Below are positions 1 through 8,758 of a stretch of DNA of 64,000 nucleotides, piece by piece. The translations under genes were made by a program, and so were the position numbers. The notes beneath the pieces are model-generated. The model searched no databases. It saw nothing but the letters and a program-made list of their open reading frames with translations, and had not been told where the DNA came from. How positions within the stretch are numbered: position 1 is the stretch's first letter; each line of letters begins with the position of its first letter. Source of the DNA: Limosilactobacillus gorillae (GTDB taxonomy: Bacteria > Pseudomonadota > Alphaproteobacteria > CAAGCB01 > CAG-977); the NCBI GenBank assembly GCA_963604715.1, contig CAVCSV010000005.1, positions 1,516 to 65,515 of the forward strand, read 5' to 3'.

Positions 1-48
1 CCGACAGATCCGTCGGAAGCATCCGAAGACACTTATAAAGTCCAGCGA

Positions 49-477
49 ATGGTTGCAAAAAGCATCACGGGAGCGCAATATTTGGGATGTAAAAACGAAA
101 ATTTTAATTTTTTCACCATTTTTTCAGTTCCTGTAGCTCTTAGCGAATACGGCAGTCTTCGCAAAGAGGGGGAAGTTTTCCGCCTGCTGCGAAAAGGCAA
201 CACATTCTACTTTGATTTTTCCAGAGAAGTTATCCGTAGCTTGGAACAGAAAAGCATAATCAATTTGACACTGTCAGCGACGATTGTTGCCGTCAACGAC
301 ACAACCGAAACAATTAACTACAAAACACTTGCGGCTTTTGTCAATGGCGAACCTGTTATTTCGGGAAATCTGTCCCTTGCTCCCATGCAAAAAGCGGCAA
401 TCCGCGCTTCCGACGTCAGCATCGCCCAAGCCAAAAACGGAACGCCCGCTTATTTTATGGAAATTATCAAAGAATAA
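49..477 (+). CDS. hypothetical protein (142 aa), no recognisable motif
   Basis: ORF track; moderate length, no overlap with a better ORF; no family recognised. Confidence 0.35.
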   Translation: MVAKSITGAQYLGCKNENFNFFTIFSVPVALSEYGSLRKEGEVFRLLRKGNTFYFDFSREVIRSLEQKSIINLTLSATIVAVNDTTETINYKTLAAFVNGEPVISGNLSLAPMQKAAIRASDVSIAQAKNGTPAYFMEIIKE

Positions 478-537
478 CCATCCGACGGGAAAGCGGAAAT
501 GCTGTTTTCCCGTCTTTTAACTTTAAAAGGAACCGTT

Positions 538-1053
538 ATGAAATCTGCAAGAATTTTTATCGCCATATTGACAATTATTCTGGCTCCGTTGTCGCTTCTG
601 CAGTCATGTGCCGTTTCCGTTGGTAACGCAATCACCGACACTCAAACCGACGCTCCTTCTGTGGGTGCCCTCCTCAGCTTTATTTTTATGTTTGCGGGAA
701 TTGTAGGCTTATCAACGAAAAAATACAGAACAGGAAATATTATTACAGGGACTATGTTTTTTGTGACTGCAATGTCCGTGTATGGTGCTCACGATCAAAT
801 TGCTCAAAATTTTCCCGACTTGATTTTTTACGGATGGCTAAGCCTTTTTGCCGCTATAGTTTATATTTGTCCGTCAAATGAAAAAGCCGAACCTGAAAAC
901 GTTATTGTGTTGAGTGAAAAAATACCTGCCGTTCATTCTGCTCCATCCGAAGATCTAAGTGCAAAATTGGAAAAACTGTTCGCGCTGAAAGAAAAAGGCA
1001 TCTTGAGCCAGCAGGAATTCGACGAACAGAAAGCCGCTTTGCTGAAAAAGTAA
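538..1053 (+). CDS. small membrane protein with C-terminal SHOCT-like motif (KLEKLFALKEKGILSQQEFDEQKAALL)
   Basis: Hydrophobic N-terminal segments; SHOCT-like C-terminus; start moved to internal ATG at 538 preceded by AAGGAA. Confidence 0.5.
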   Translation: MKSARIFIAILTIILAPLSLLQSCAVSVGNAITDTQTDAPSVGALLSFIFMFAGIVGLSTKKYRTGNIITGTMFFVTAMSVYGAHDQIAQNFPDLIFYGWLSLFAAIVYICPSNEKAEPENVIVLSEKIPAVHSAPSEDLSAKLEKLFALKEKGILSQQEFDEQKAALLKK

Positions 1054-1078
1054 AATAATTGTTTTTGACGCACGCAAA

Positions 1079-1107
1079 GGCGGGGGATTTTCCTCCGCCT
1101 TTTTTTA
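1079..1107. terminator. bidirectional Rho-independent terminator (GGCGGGGGA / TCCTCCGCC stem with a T-run) between the SHOCT gene and ctrA
   Basis: Inverted repeat with one G-U wobble followed by TTTTTTT; an A-rich run precedes it, so it can also act on the minus strand. Confidence 0.6.
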
Positions 1108-1181
1108 TGATGCTTAGAACCATTGATACACAAAAGCAACCTGTTGCCAAAGGTTGCTTTTGTAAAATTCAACGCCTGTTG

Positions 1182-1868
1182 TTATCCCTCTTTTTTGGGT
1201 TCGCGCAGGACGTATCCGCGTCCCCAGACGGTTTCGATATAGTCGTCGCCGCCTGTCGCGTCTTTGATTTTTTTGCGCAGTTTGCAGATGAACACGTCGA
1301 TGATTTTCAGTTCGGGTTCGTCCATGCCGTTGTACAGATGATTCAGGAACTGCTCTTTGCTGAGCGTTGTTCCCTTGGACAGCGACAGACGTTCCAAAAT
1401 GCCGTATTCGCGCCCCGTCAGGTGCAAAGGCTTGCCGTTGACGAAAGCGGTGCGGGTGTCCAGATTGACCTCTATCGCGCCCGTGCGGATGACGGATTCC
1501 GAATGCCCTTTGGAACGGCGGACCAGCGCGCGGATGCGGGCGATAAGTTCGGCTTTGTCGAACGGTTTGGTCAGATAATCGTCCGCGCCCGTCGAAAAAC
1601 CTTTGACTTTTTTGTCCGCGCCCGACAGTCCCGACAAAATCAAAACGGGTGTGTTGATTTTCGCGGCGCGCAGGCGTTTCAAAACTTCGTACCCGTCGAT
1701 GTCGGGCAGCATCAAATCCAAAATGATGATGTCGTAGTCGTACAATTTTCCGATTTCCAGTCCGTCCTCGCCCAGAACGGTGGTGTCGACGACCATGCCT
1801 TCTTTGTGCAGGACGGCTTCGATTGTTTGAGAAATCGCCTGATCGTCCTCGACTAATAAAACGCGCAT
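1182..1868 (-). CDS. ctrA: cell-cycle response regulator CtrA (OmpR family)
   Basis: Near-identity over the whole length to CtrA as remembered ([81 protein letters not shown]). True start taken at ATG 1868 (MRVLLVEDD) rather than the longer ORF start at 1940. Confidence 0.92.
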   Translation of the reverse strand: MRVLLVEDDQAISQTIEAVLHKEGMVVDTTVLGEDGLEIGKLYDYDIIILDLMLPDIDGYEVLKRLRAAKINTPVLILSGLSGADKKVKGFSTGADDYLTKPFDKAELIARIRALVRRSKGHSESVIRTGAIEVNLDTRTAFVNGKPLHLTGREYGILERLSLSKGTTLSKEQFLNHLYNGMDEPELKIIDVFICKLRKKIKDATGGDDYIETVWGRGYVLREPKKEG

Positions 1869-1897
1869 AAGAATTCCCTTTTTCGGACAAAATGAAA

Positions 1898-1913
1898 TTA
1901 ACAGCTTATTAAC
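1898..1913. promoter_or_regulatory. consensus CtrA box TTAA-N7-TTAAC, 30 bp upstream of the ctrA start and about 100 bp upstream of fliI
   Basis: Sequence ttaacagcttattaac read directly; matches the established CtrA binding consensus. Confidence 0.55.
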
Positions 1914-2014
1914 TTTATGTTGTATGACTCCGATATGCAAGCCGAAAAAATCAAAAAGCGGGCTTTTTTTATGCGGGAAAACATTATATAAAGAAACAAA
2001 GGGATAAAAAGCCG

Positions 2015-3358
2015 ATGGACGAATGGCACAAAAGTTTGATTGACGACATAGACGCTTTGCCCGAATACCGTTCGCACGGGTCGGTTTCGGCGGTCAAAGG
2101 CATGCTGGTCGAAATGACGGGCGCGCGTTCCGAATTGTCCGTCGGCGACCGATGCACGATTTTGGCGCGCGCGGGCAAAAAAGTCCCCGCCGAAGTCGTC
2201 GGATTCAACGGCGGCAAAGTATTGCTGATGCCGTTTGCGAACCTTGACGGCGTGGGGCCGGGAAACGAAGTCGATTTAAGCAACGCGCATCCCGTTTTGT
2301 ATCCCGACGTTTCTTGGCTGGGGCGGGTGATTAACGCCATGGGCGAACCCGTCGACGGCAAAGGCCCGCTGAAAAAAGGCAAGATTCCGTGCTTGATTCA
2401 CGCGTCCCCTCCGCCCGCCAATTCGCGCGAACGCGTCGCGGGCAAAGCCGATTTGGGCGTGCGGGCGATTAACACTTTCCTGACGCTGTGCAAGGGGCAG
2501 CGTATGGGCATTTTCGCGGGGTCTGGCGTGGGCAAGTCGTCCTTGATGGCGATGATGGCGCGTCATACGCAGCTGGACGTTACCGTTTTGGGGCTTATCG
2601 GCGAACGCGGACGCGAAGCGCGCGAATTCATCGAGGACGACTTGGGCGTCGAGGGCATGAAGCGCAGCGTCGTCGTGGTGGCGACGTCGGACGAAAGCCC
2701 GCTGATGCGGCGGCAGGCGGCTTATGTCGCGATGACGGTTGCCGAGTATTTCCGCGATTTGAACAACAACGTTTTGTGCATGATGGACAGTATTACGCGC
2801 TTTGCGATGGCGCAAAGGGAAATCAGCCTGTCGGCGGGCGAACCGCCGGCGACCAAAGGCTACACGCCGACGGTGTTTGCGGAGCTTCCACGTTTGCTGG
2901 AACGCGCGGGTCCGGGGCGCATCGGGTCGGGGTCGATTACGGGCTTGTTTACCGTTTTGGTGGACGGCGACGACCACAACGAACCGATTGCCGACGCGGT
3001 GCGCGGCATTTTGGACGGGCATATCGTTTTGGAACGCGCGATTGCCGAACGCAACCGCTATCCCGCGGTCAACCTGCTGCGCAGTATTTCGCGTACCATG
3101 CCGGGATGCAACACGGACGAGGAAAACGCCCTTGTCAACCGCGCGCGCGCCTTGATTGCGACGTATGAAGATATGGCGGAGCTTATCCGTTTGGGCGCGT
3201 ACAAGCGCGGGTCGAACGCACAGGTCGACGAAGCGATTTTCTATTATGACAAGCTTGAAGCCTTTTTGTCGCAAAAGAAAAAGGAAAAAGTCGATTTCGC
3301 AACGGGTTATCAGCAGCTGAAAGACATCTTGTCGCAAAAGCCGTCCGGTGCTGAATAA
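2015..3358 (+). CDS. fliI: flagellar export ATPase FliI (type III secretion ATPase family)
   Basis: Walker A GSGVGKS, Walker [13 protein letters not shown]1/T3SS-ATPase architecture; followed by a fliJ-like gene. Confidence 0.9.
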   Translation: MDEWHKSLIDDIDALPEYRSHGSVSAVKGMLVEMTGARSELSVGDRCTILARAGKKVPAEVVGFNGGKVLLMPFANLDGVGPGNEVDLSNAHPVLYPDVSWLGRVINAMGEPVDGKGPLKKGKIPCLIHASPPPANSRERVAGKADLGVRAINTFLTLCKGQRMGIFAGSGVGKSSLMAMMARHTQLDVTVLGLIGERGREAREFIEDDLGVEGMKRSVVVVATSDESPLMRRQAAYVAMTVAEYFRDLNNNVLCMMDSITRFAMAQREISLSAGEPPATKGYTPTVFAELPRLLERAGPGRIGSGSITGLFTVLVDGDDHNEPIADAVRGILDGHIVLERAIAERNRYPAVNLLRSISRTMPGCNTDEENALVNRARALIATYEDMAELIRLGAYKRGSNAQVDEAIFYYDKLEAFLSQKKKEKVDFATGYQQLKDILSQKPSGAE

Positions 3359-3816
3359 TGGCGAAGAACGACCTGAAGACGCTGATACGCGTGCATCAAT
3401 TCGAACTGGACGAAAAACGCCGTCAGCTGGGCAATCTGCTGCGGTTCGAACAATCGCTTGAAAACCGCAAAATCCTGCTTGCCAAACGGTTCAAGGAGGA
3501 AGAGGAAGCCGCCAAAAGCGACCAAACGGCGGCGCTGACGTTCGGGGCGTATGTCGATTGGCACATCGACGAAACAAAGCGGGTCGAGCGCGCTTTGGTC
3601 GATGTTCGGCAGGAAATCGCATTGATGCGCGATGAAATACGGGAAGCGTATCAGGAACTGAAAACCTTTGAAATCACACAGGAAAACCGCGAAAAACGCG
3701 AAGCGGCGGAACTGGAGCGCAAAAACAACGCCGTGCTGGACGAAATCGGCTTGACGCTTTACAGACGCAGACAGGAAGAAGATTCCGCCGAAGAAAAGAA
3801 AAAAGACGATGAATAG
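3358..3816 (+). CDS. fliJ: flagellar export chaperone FliJ-like coiled-coil protein
   Basis: 152-aa charged coiled-coil; start overlaps the fliI stop (TAATG); fliI-fliJ order is conserved. Confidence 0.55.
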   Translation: MAKNDLKTLIRVHQFELDEKRRQLGNLLRFEQSLENRKILLAKRFKEEEEAAKSDQTAALTFGAYVDWHIDETKRVERALVDVRQEIALMRDEIREAYQELKTFEITQENREKREAAELERKNNAVLDEIGLTLYRRRQEEDSAEEKKKDDE

Positions 3817-4030
3817 GACGGCACGGGGAAACAAAAATCGTCATTGCGACGCCGACAGGCGGAAGCAATCCATTTGCAGGTGTTGAGCCGCGCTTGCGGA
3901 ATCAATGGATTGCCGTGTCGCTCCGCTCCTCGCAGAGACGAAGTGAGGCGGTGAGGGTGTCAATGCCTGCACGGGACTGTTGTTTTGCTTTTATGTTTAT
4001 TTCCAATAGAATAAGGCGGCAAAATAAAAA

Positions 4031-4052
4031 GCCCCCTGCGAGGGGGCTTTTT
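4031..4052. terminator. bidirectional Rho-independent terminator (GCCCCCT gcg AGGGGGC plus T-run) shared by fliJ and the convergent cysteine-rich gene
   Basis: Perfect 7-bp inverted repeat flanked by A-run and T-run. Confidence 0.65.
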
Positions 4053-4070
4053 GGGGTGTGCAGACAGCTA

Positions 4071-6666
4071 TCAGTCCTTAAAGACGCAATATCCGTTGAC
4101 ACATGTTTTTTCCGCGGAACAATCGTCGTTGGTTTTGCAAGATTCTGTCGTATCGATTGTTCCCCCTACAACGCATTCGTTTGCAGGCCATTTAGTTTGA
4201 CATGTGTATCCAGCACTACAAGAATTGGAAGTACATTCACAAATGCATCCATGATTAGTTGCTACGCCACGAGGAGTTGTTCCTGAGCAGGTAACTCCCG
4301 AACAACCGTTTACGCATTTTCCACCGGAACATTTTTCGTAACTGGCACAGTCACTATTGGAGGTGCACCCTTCTTTAACGCATTCGTTTGCAGGGACTTG
4401 AGTTCTGCATGTATATCCTGCACCGCAAGAATTGGAGGTACACTCGCAAATGCATCCATGCCCCGATGCTACACCATGAGGAGTGGTTCCGGAACAAGTA
4501 ACTCCCGAACAACCGTTTACGCATTCTCCTCCGGAGCATTTTTCGTAACTGGCACAGTCACTATTGGAGGAGCAACTGTTTTTCTCGCATTTGTTTATGG
4601 GTACATGCGTTACGCACCTATAGCCCGAAGCGCAAGAAGTACTGGTACATTCACATCCTATAAATTTATGACCGTAAGCACGACATTTTGGAGCTTCTCC
4701 GCTGCATGTCGTTGATGAACACAACGGAACACACGAGTGACTGACGCAACCGTCTGAATCTGATTTACAATCTTCACCGGTATAACACTTGCCCGCCTGC
4801 AGGTAGCATTTGCCGCCTTTGCAGTATTCGTAGCTTTCACAGCCGCATTGTTCTTCGCATTTATTGTTAATGCAGGCTTCGTTGCTTGCGCATTGGCTGT
4901 CCGACGTACAGCATCCGCTTTTTTCGACGCAGGAATGATTTTGAATCGAATAGCAGGTGGTGTTCGGGCATGTTACGGAAACGCAAGTGTATGTTGCCGT
5001 ATCGCATTGCTGTGATGAACCGCAATGACTGTCCGATGTGCAGGCGCGGCAGTAACCGTCCGACCAATACGGTTTGGACGACGGGCATCCGCAGGTGCCG
5101 TTCGAACAGACTTGTCCGCCCGAACACGAAACATCCGCGCAGGGATCCGCGCTTTTGCATCCGCCGTTGCCGTTGGCGATTTTTCCCGACGGACAGCCGC
5201 ACGATTCACCCGCGGAACAGGCAACGCATTCTTTGCAGGGACTTGAACCCGAATAGTTGCCCGTACTTTGTGCTTTCATCCCCGCGGAACACGACGGATA
5301 AGTCGACGTTCCCGTCGGACAGGCTTTGGCTTGGCAGTTGCCGCCCGAAATTTCGTAGCCTGTCGAACACGACGAACAAACATAGCATCCGCCCGTCATC
5401 GAACAGTTCGAGCAGTTGGACGTTCCCGATTTGCATGCGGAAGCCGTTGAAAATTCACAGCCGAATTCACAACTGCCGTTTCCGTCGGCAACCATGCCGC
5501 CCGAACAGGTGCAGGTTTCGCCTTTGGCGCAGGGCGTGCAGTATGCGTCGGATTTTCCCGCGTTTTCGCAATAGCTGCCGTTCGGGCAATCGCCGTAGGA
5601 CGAACAGGCGGGTTTGACGCATGTTCCGCTGCTGTTGACGACATAGCCGTCGGGGCAGGTGCATTGCGTGTCGACTTCGCACGCCGCGCAGTACGATTCC
5701 ACCGTGTCGGGGTTCACGCATTGCATGCCCGCGTCGCAACATTTGTCGGTGACGGAAGAACCGCAAACCGTGTCGGCGGAGCATGCAACGGCAACGCATT
5801 TGCCCGAACCGTCGGACAGTTGTCCGTCGGGACAGCGGCATTGTTCGTTTTTGCCGCAGGACACGCATTCCGCGCTTTCCGTCCCGCCGTTTTGGCAGAC
5901 GTTACCCGCGTCGCAGTCGTCATCCGCGACGCATTCATACGACGCGCATCCGTTCGCTGTCGGGAAAGTTCCCGTCGGGCACGGATTGTCGCAGTTGTCG
6001 TTGGATGTGCACGCCACGCATTCGCAAGTGTTCGTGCTGTCGAAAGAGTATCCTTCGCCGCAGGATTTCTTTTCTTTGCAGTAACAGCCGCCCGCGCCGT
6101 CGGGGTAAGTCTTTCCGGGACAGTTGCATTTGCCGAGCGGTTCATAGTCTTTCGCGCATTTTTTGCATGAACAGTCGCTGTTCAGGTATTGCCCCGCGGA
6201 ACAGCTTAAATTCGCGGGACAGACGCACGTTCCGTCGGAACCGAGGACTTTTTCGCCGTCGCAGTTGCATTTCGACCCCGTCGCGCACGTTTCGCATTTG
6301 CCGTTTTCGCATTTTTTTGCCGTGCCGCATGAATTTTCCGTGCATTGGCAGGTATGCGAATGGTTGGCGGCTTCGCAGTCGGGTGTTTCGCCCGAACACG
6401 TCGTCGACGTGCAAACGTCTTCGCATTTGTTGGCGACGCATTTTTGCGTTGCCAAGCAGTCATTGTTTGATGTGCAGACATTCAGTTCGGGACGCGTCCC
6501 GATAGCGGCTACGGTGCCTTTGGAGCTTTCGCCATAGCCCAATTTCACACTTTTTGCGATTCGGAAAGAGGCGGAATCATCTAAAAGTAGGGGGGGGGGG
6601 TAAGGATTTAACAACCGATACGTTCAAAGTGAACGCCGTTGCCAACAGGAAAAGCGTTTTTTTCAT
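4071..6666 (-). CDS. secreted cysteine-rich repeat protein; signal peptide at ATG 6666 is uncoupled from the 847-aa body (4071..6614) by the G11 tract, so the gene is frameshifted (OFF) as sequenced
   Basis: ATG 6666 with AAGGAA Shine-Dalgarno encodes MKKTLFLLATAFTLNVSVVKSL, then the poly-C tract (minus strand). With 11 C the reading frame stops after PPPPTFR. With 10 or 13 C it joins the long ORF (LLLDDSASFRIAKS...). The body is very Cys-rich and ends in three 70-aa tandem modules. Confidence 0.7.
6590..6600. repeat. homopolymeric G11 (C11 on the coding strand) tract inside the 5' coding region of the cysteine-rich gene; candidate slipped-strand phase-variation switch
   Basis: Counted directly: ctaaaagta + 11 g + taagg. 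Confidence 0.8.
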
Positions 6667-6749
6667 AGCATAATTCCTTCAAGATTTTCAAACGCTCCAA
6701 GTATAACACAAAATTCGGGCGGAATTCAGCAAAAAAATGTGTTTTCCCG

Positions 6750-7640
6750 TCAGGCGGCTTGCTTTTTCTTTTTTTTCAGCACAATCAGCAAAACGGATGT
6801 CAGAATCAGCGCGATGCCCGCCGCAATGCGCACGGTCATGGATTCGCCGAACACGAACACGCCGATAAGGACGGCGGTCACGGGTTCCAGCGCACCCAAA
6901 ATCGCGGACAGCGTCGGTCCGATAAGCTTGATGGCGATGGTCATGGTTTCCAGCGAAACGATGGTCGGGAAAAACGCCAAGCAAATGACGCACCCCGCCG
7001 TAAAGGGCGACGTTATCGGCCGCAAATCCAATCCGAACCGCAGGTTGAACAAAAACACGAACAGCCCGAAAAACATCACATAAAACGTCAGCGTCGGGAA
7101 ATGCATTCTTTTCGCCGTTTTCAGCTGTTTCAGGGCAATCATGTAAACGGCGTAGCTCAGCGCCGACAGCAAAGTCAAAACAACGCCGTACAAACTGAGC
7201 GTTTTGCCGTCGTCCGTTTTGTAAAACAGCAGGATACCCGCGCTCATCAGCACAATCGATACGATGGTGCGCAAATCAATGCGTTCGTGGAAAAACACCG
7301 CCATCAAAACGGCGACCATAATCGGATAAACGAACAAAATCGTCGAAGCGATGCCCGCGCCGATAAGCGAATAGCTCATAAACAGGGTCAGAGACGACAT
7401 CGCGAACACGATGCCCAGACAAAACATGACCAGCGCGTCTTTCAGGGAAATTTTCAGCGACACTTTTTTATGAAAGTGCACCCACAGCCCGTACAGGACG
7501 ACCGCCGTCAGATAGCGGTAAAACAAAACGGAATTGACATCCATCCCCGCGGCGTACAACGGCAGGGCGAACAGCGGGTTCGTGCCGTAGGAACAGGTCC
7601 CCAGCATTCCCAAAAACACGCCTTTGTTTTTTCTGGTCAT
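6750..7640 (-). CDS. EamA/DMT-family (RarD-like) 10-TM transporter
   Basis: Ten hydrophobic helices in a duplicated EamA-like pattern; start moved to MTRKNK. Confidence 0.7.
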   Translation of the reverse strand: MTRKNKGVFLGMLGTCSYGTNPLFALPLYAAGMDVNSVLFYRYLTAVVLYGLWVHFHKKVSLKISLKDALVMFCLGIVFAMSSLTLFMSYSLIGAGIASTILFVYPIMVAVLMAVFFHERIDLRTIVSIVLMSAGILLFYKTDDGKTLSLYGVVLTLLSALSYAVYMIALKQLKTAKRMHFPTLTFYVMFFGLFVFLFNLRFGLDLRPITSPFTAGCVICLAFFPTIVSLETMTIAIKLIGPTLSAILGALEPVTAVLIGVFVFGESMTVRIAAGIALILTSVLLIVLKKKKKQAA

Positions 7641-7752
7641 AGCGTCTTCTTCCTTCGGAAAAATCAAAACGCCGTCAAACAATCACAGCCCGCGGCGAAT
7701 GTCAAGCGACAAAAAAGCCGCCGTTTTGCGGCGGCTTTCGAAAACGGAAATA

Positions 7753-8649
7753 TCAGGCGTTTTTGGCGTTGTCCTGTATGAAACGGGTCATTTTTTCAAT
7801 GGCGCGCGTTTCGATTTGACGGACGCGTTCGCGGCTGATGCCCAGCTGTTCGCCCAGACTGTCCAGCGTCGTCGGGTCGTCCTGCAAACGGCGGGCGCGG
7901 ACGATAATGCGTTCGCGGTCGTTCAGCTTGTCCATCGCTTGAGCCAGCAAACGCAAGCGCAAATCGCTTTCCTGTTTGTCGGCGACGGCGTCCTCGATAC
8001 TGCTTTCGTTGCTCAAAAAGTCCTGTTTTTCGGCATAGCCGTCCGTGTAAACGGGCGTGTTCAGCGACACGTCGCCGTTCAAACGGTTGTCCATGGCGAC
8101 GACGTCGTCTTCGGACACGTTCAAATCTTTGGAAATTTCCTTGACGCTGTCGGAATCCAAAGCGGAATCGCCGTACAGTCCCAAGCGCGCTTTGATTTTG
8201 CGCAGATTGTAAAACAGCCGTTTCTGCGCCGCGACCGTGCCGATGCGCACCAAAGACCACGACCGCAAAATGAATTCGTTAATCGCCGCTTTTATCCACC
8301 AAACGGCATACGTCGACAGACGGTTGCCCTTTTCGGGTTCGAATTTTTTGACAGCCTGCATCAAACCGATGTTGGCTTCGGAAATCAAGTCCTCCAAAGG
8401 CAGACCGTAATAACGGTAGCCGAACGCGACCTTTGCCGCCAAACGCAAATGCGCCGAAATCAAACGCTTTGCCGCGTCCAAATCGCCATGATTGCGGAAA
8501 CGGTTCGCCAACATAAACTCCTCTTCCGCCGACAGGACGGGGATTTTGCGAATCGCCGCCAGATAAGAGGTGATGCCGTTTTGAATCACGGGCACCAAAG
8601 AGGTGTTTGTCATTGTTGTATCCATTGTCAAAATCCTTTCATCAGGCAT
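7753..8649 (-). CDS. rpoH: RNA polymerase sigma-32 factor RpoH
   Basis: Sigma-70 regions 2 to 4 with the RpoH-specific stretch (YLAAIRKIPVLSAEEEFMLANRFR..., WWIKAAINEFILRSW); the true start may be an internal Met (MTNTSL). Confidence 0.9.
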   Translation of the reverse strand: MPDERILTMDTTMTNTSLVPVIQNGITSYLAAIRKIPVLSAEEEFMLANRFRNHGDLDAAKRLISAHLRLAAKVAFGYRYYGLPLEDLISEANIGLMQAVKKFEPEKGNRLSTYAVWWIKAAINEFILRSWSLVRIGTVAAQKRLFYNLRKIKARLGLYGDSALDSDSVKEISKDLNVSEDDVVAMDNRLNGDVSLNTPVYTDGYAEKQDFLSNESSIEDAVADKQESDLRLRLLAQAMDKLNDRERIIVRARRLQDDPTTLDSLGEQLGISRERVRQIETRAIEKMTRFIQDNAKNA

Positions 8650-8758
8650 GATGACCCGACCGTCCGCGAATCCGAAACGGATTCCCAGACATCACAATTA
8701 TACACAAACGCCCCTTGGATTCAATAGTTTTTTATATTGTTTTGTATAATTCTAAAGT

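Noticed and set aside
3894-4286. 130-aa plus-strand ORF spanning the fliJ to cysteine-rich gene gap
   Set aside because: It overlaps the 3' end of the minus-strand cysteine-rich gene and the bidirectional terminator. It has no Shine-Dalgarno and is Cys/Arg-rich shadow sequence
8650-8758. Inverted repeat CGAATCCG-aaa-CGGATTC upstream of rpoH as a terminator for the convergent coiled-coil gene
   Set aside because: The orientation is wrong (rpoH and the coiled-coil gene are both on the minus strand). There is no adjacent U-run on the relevant strand. More likely it is an rpoH leader structure, left uncalled
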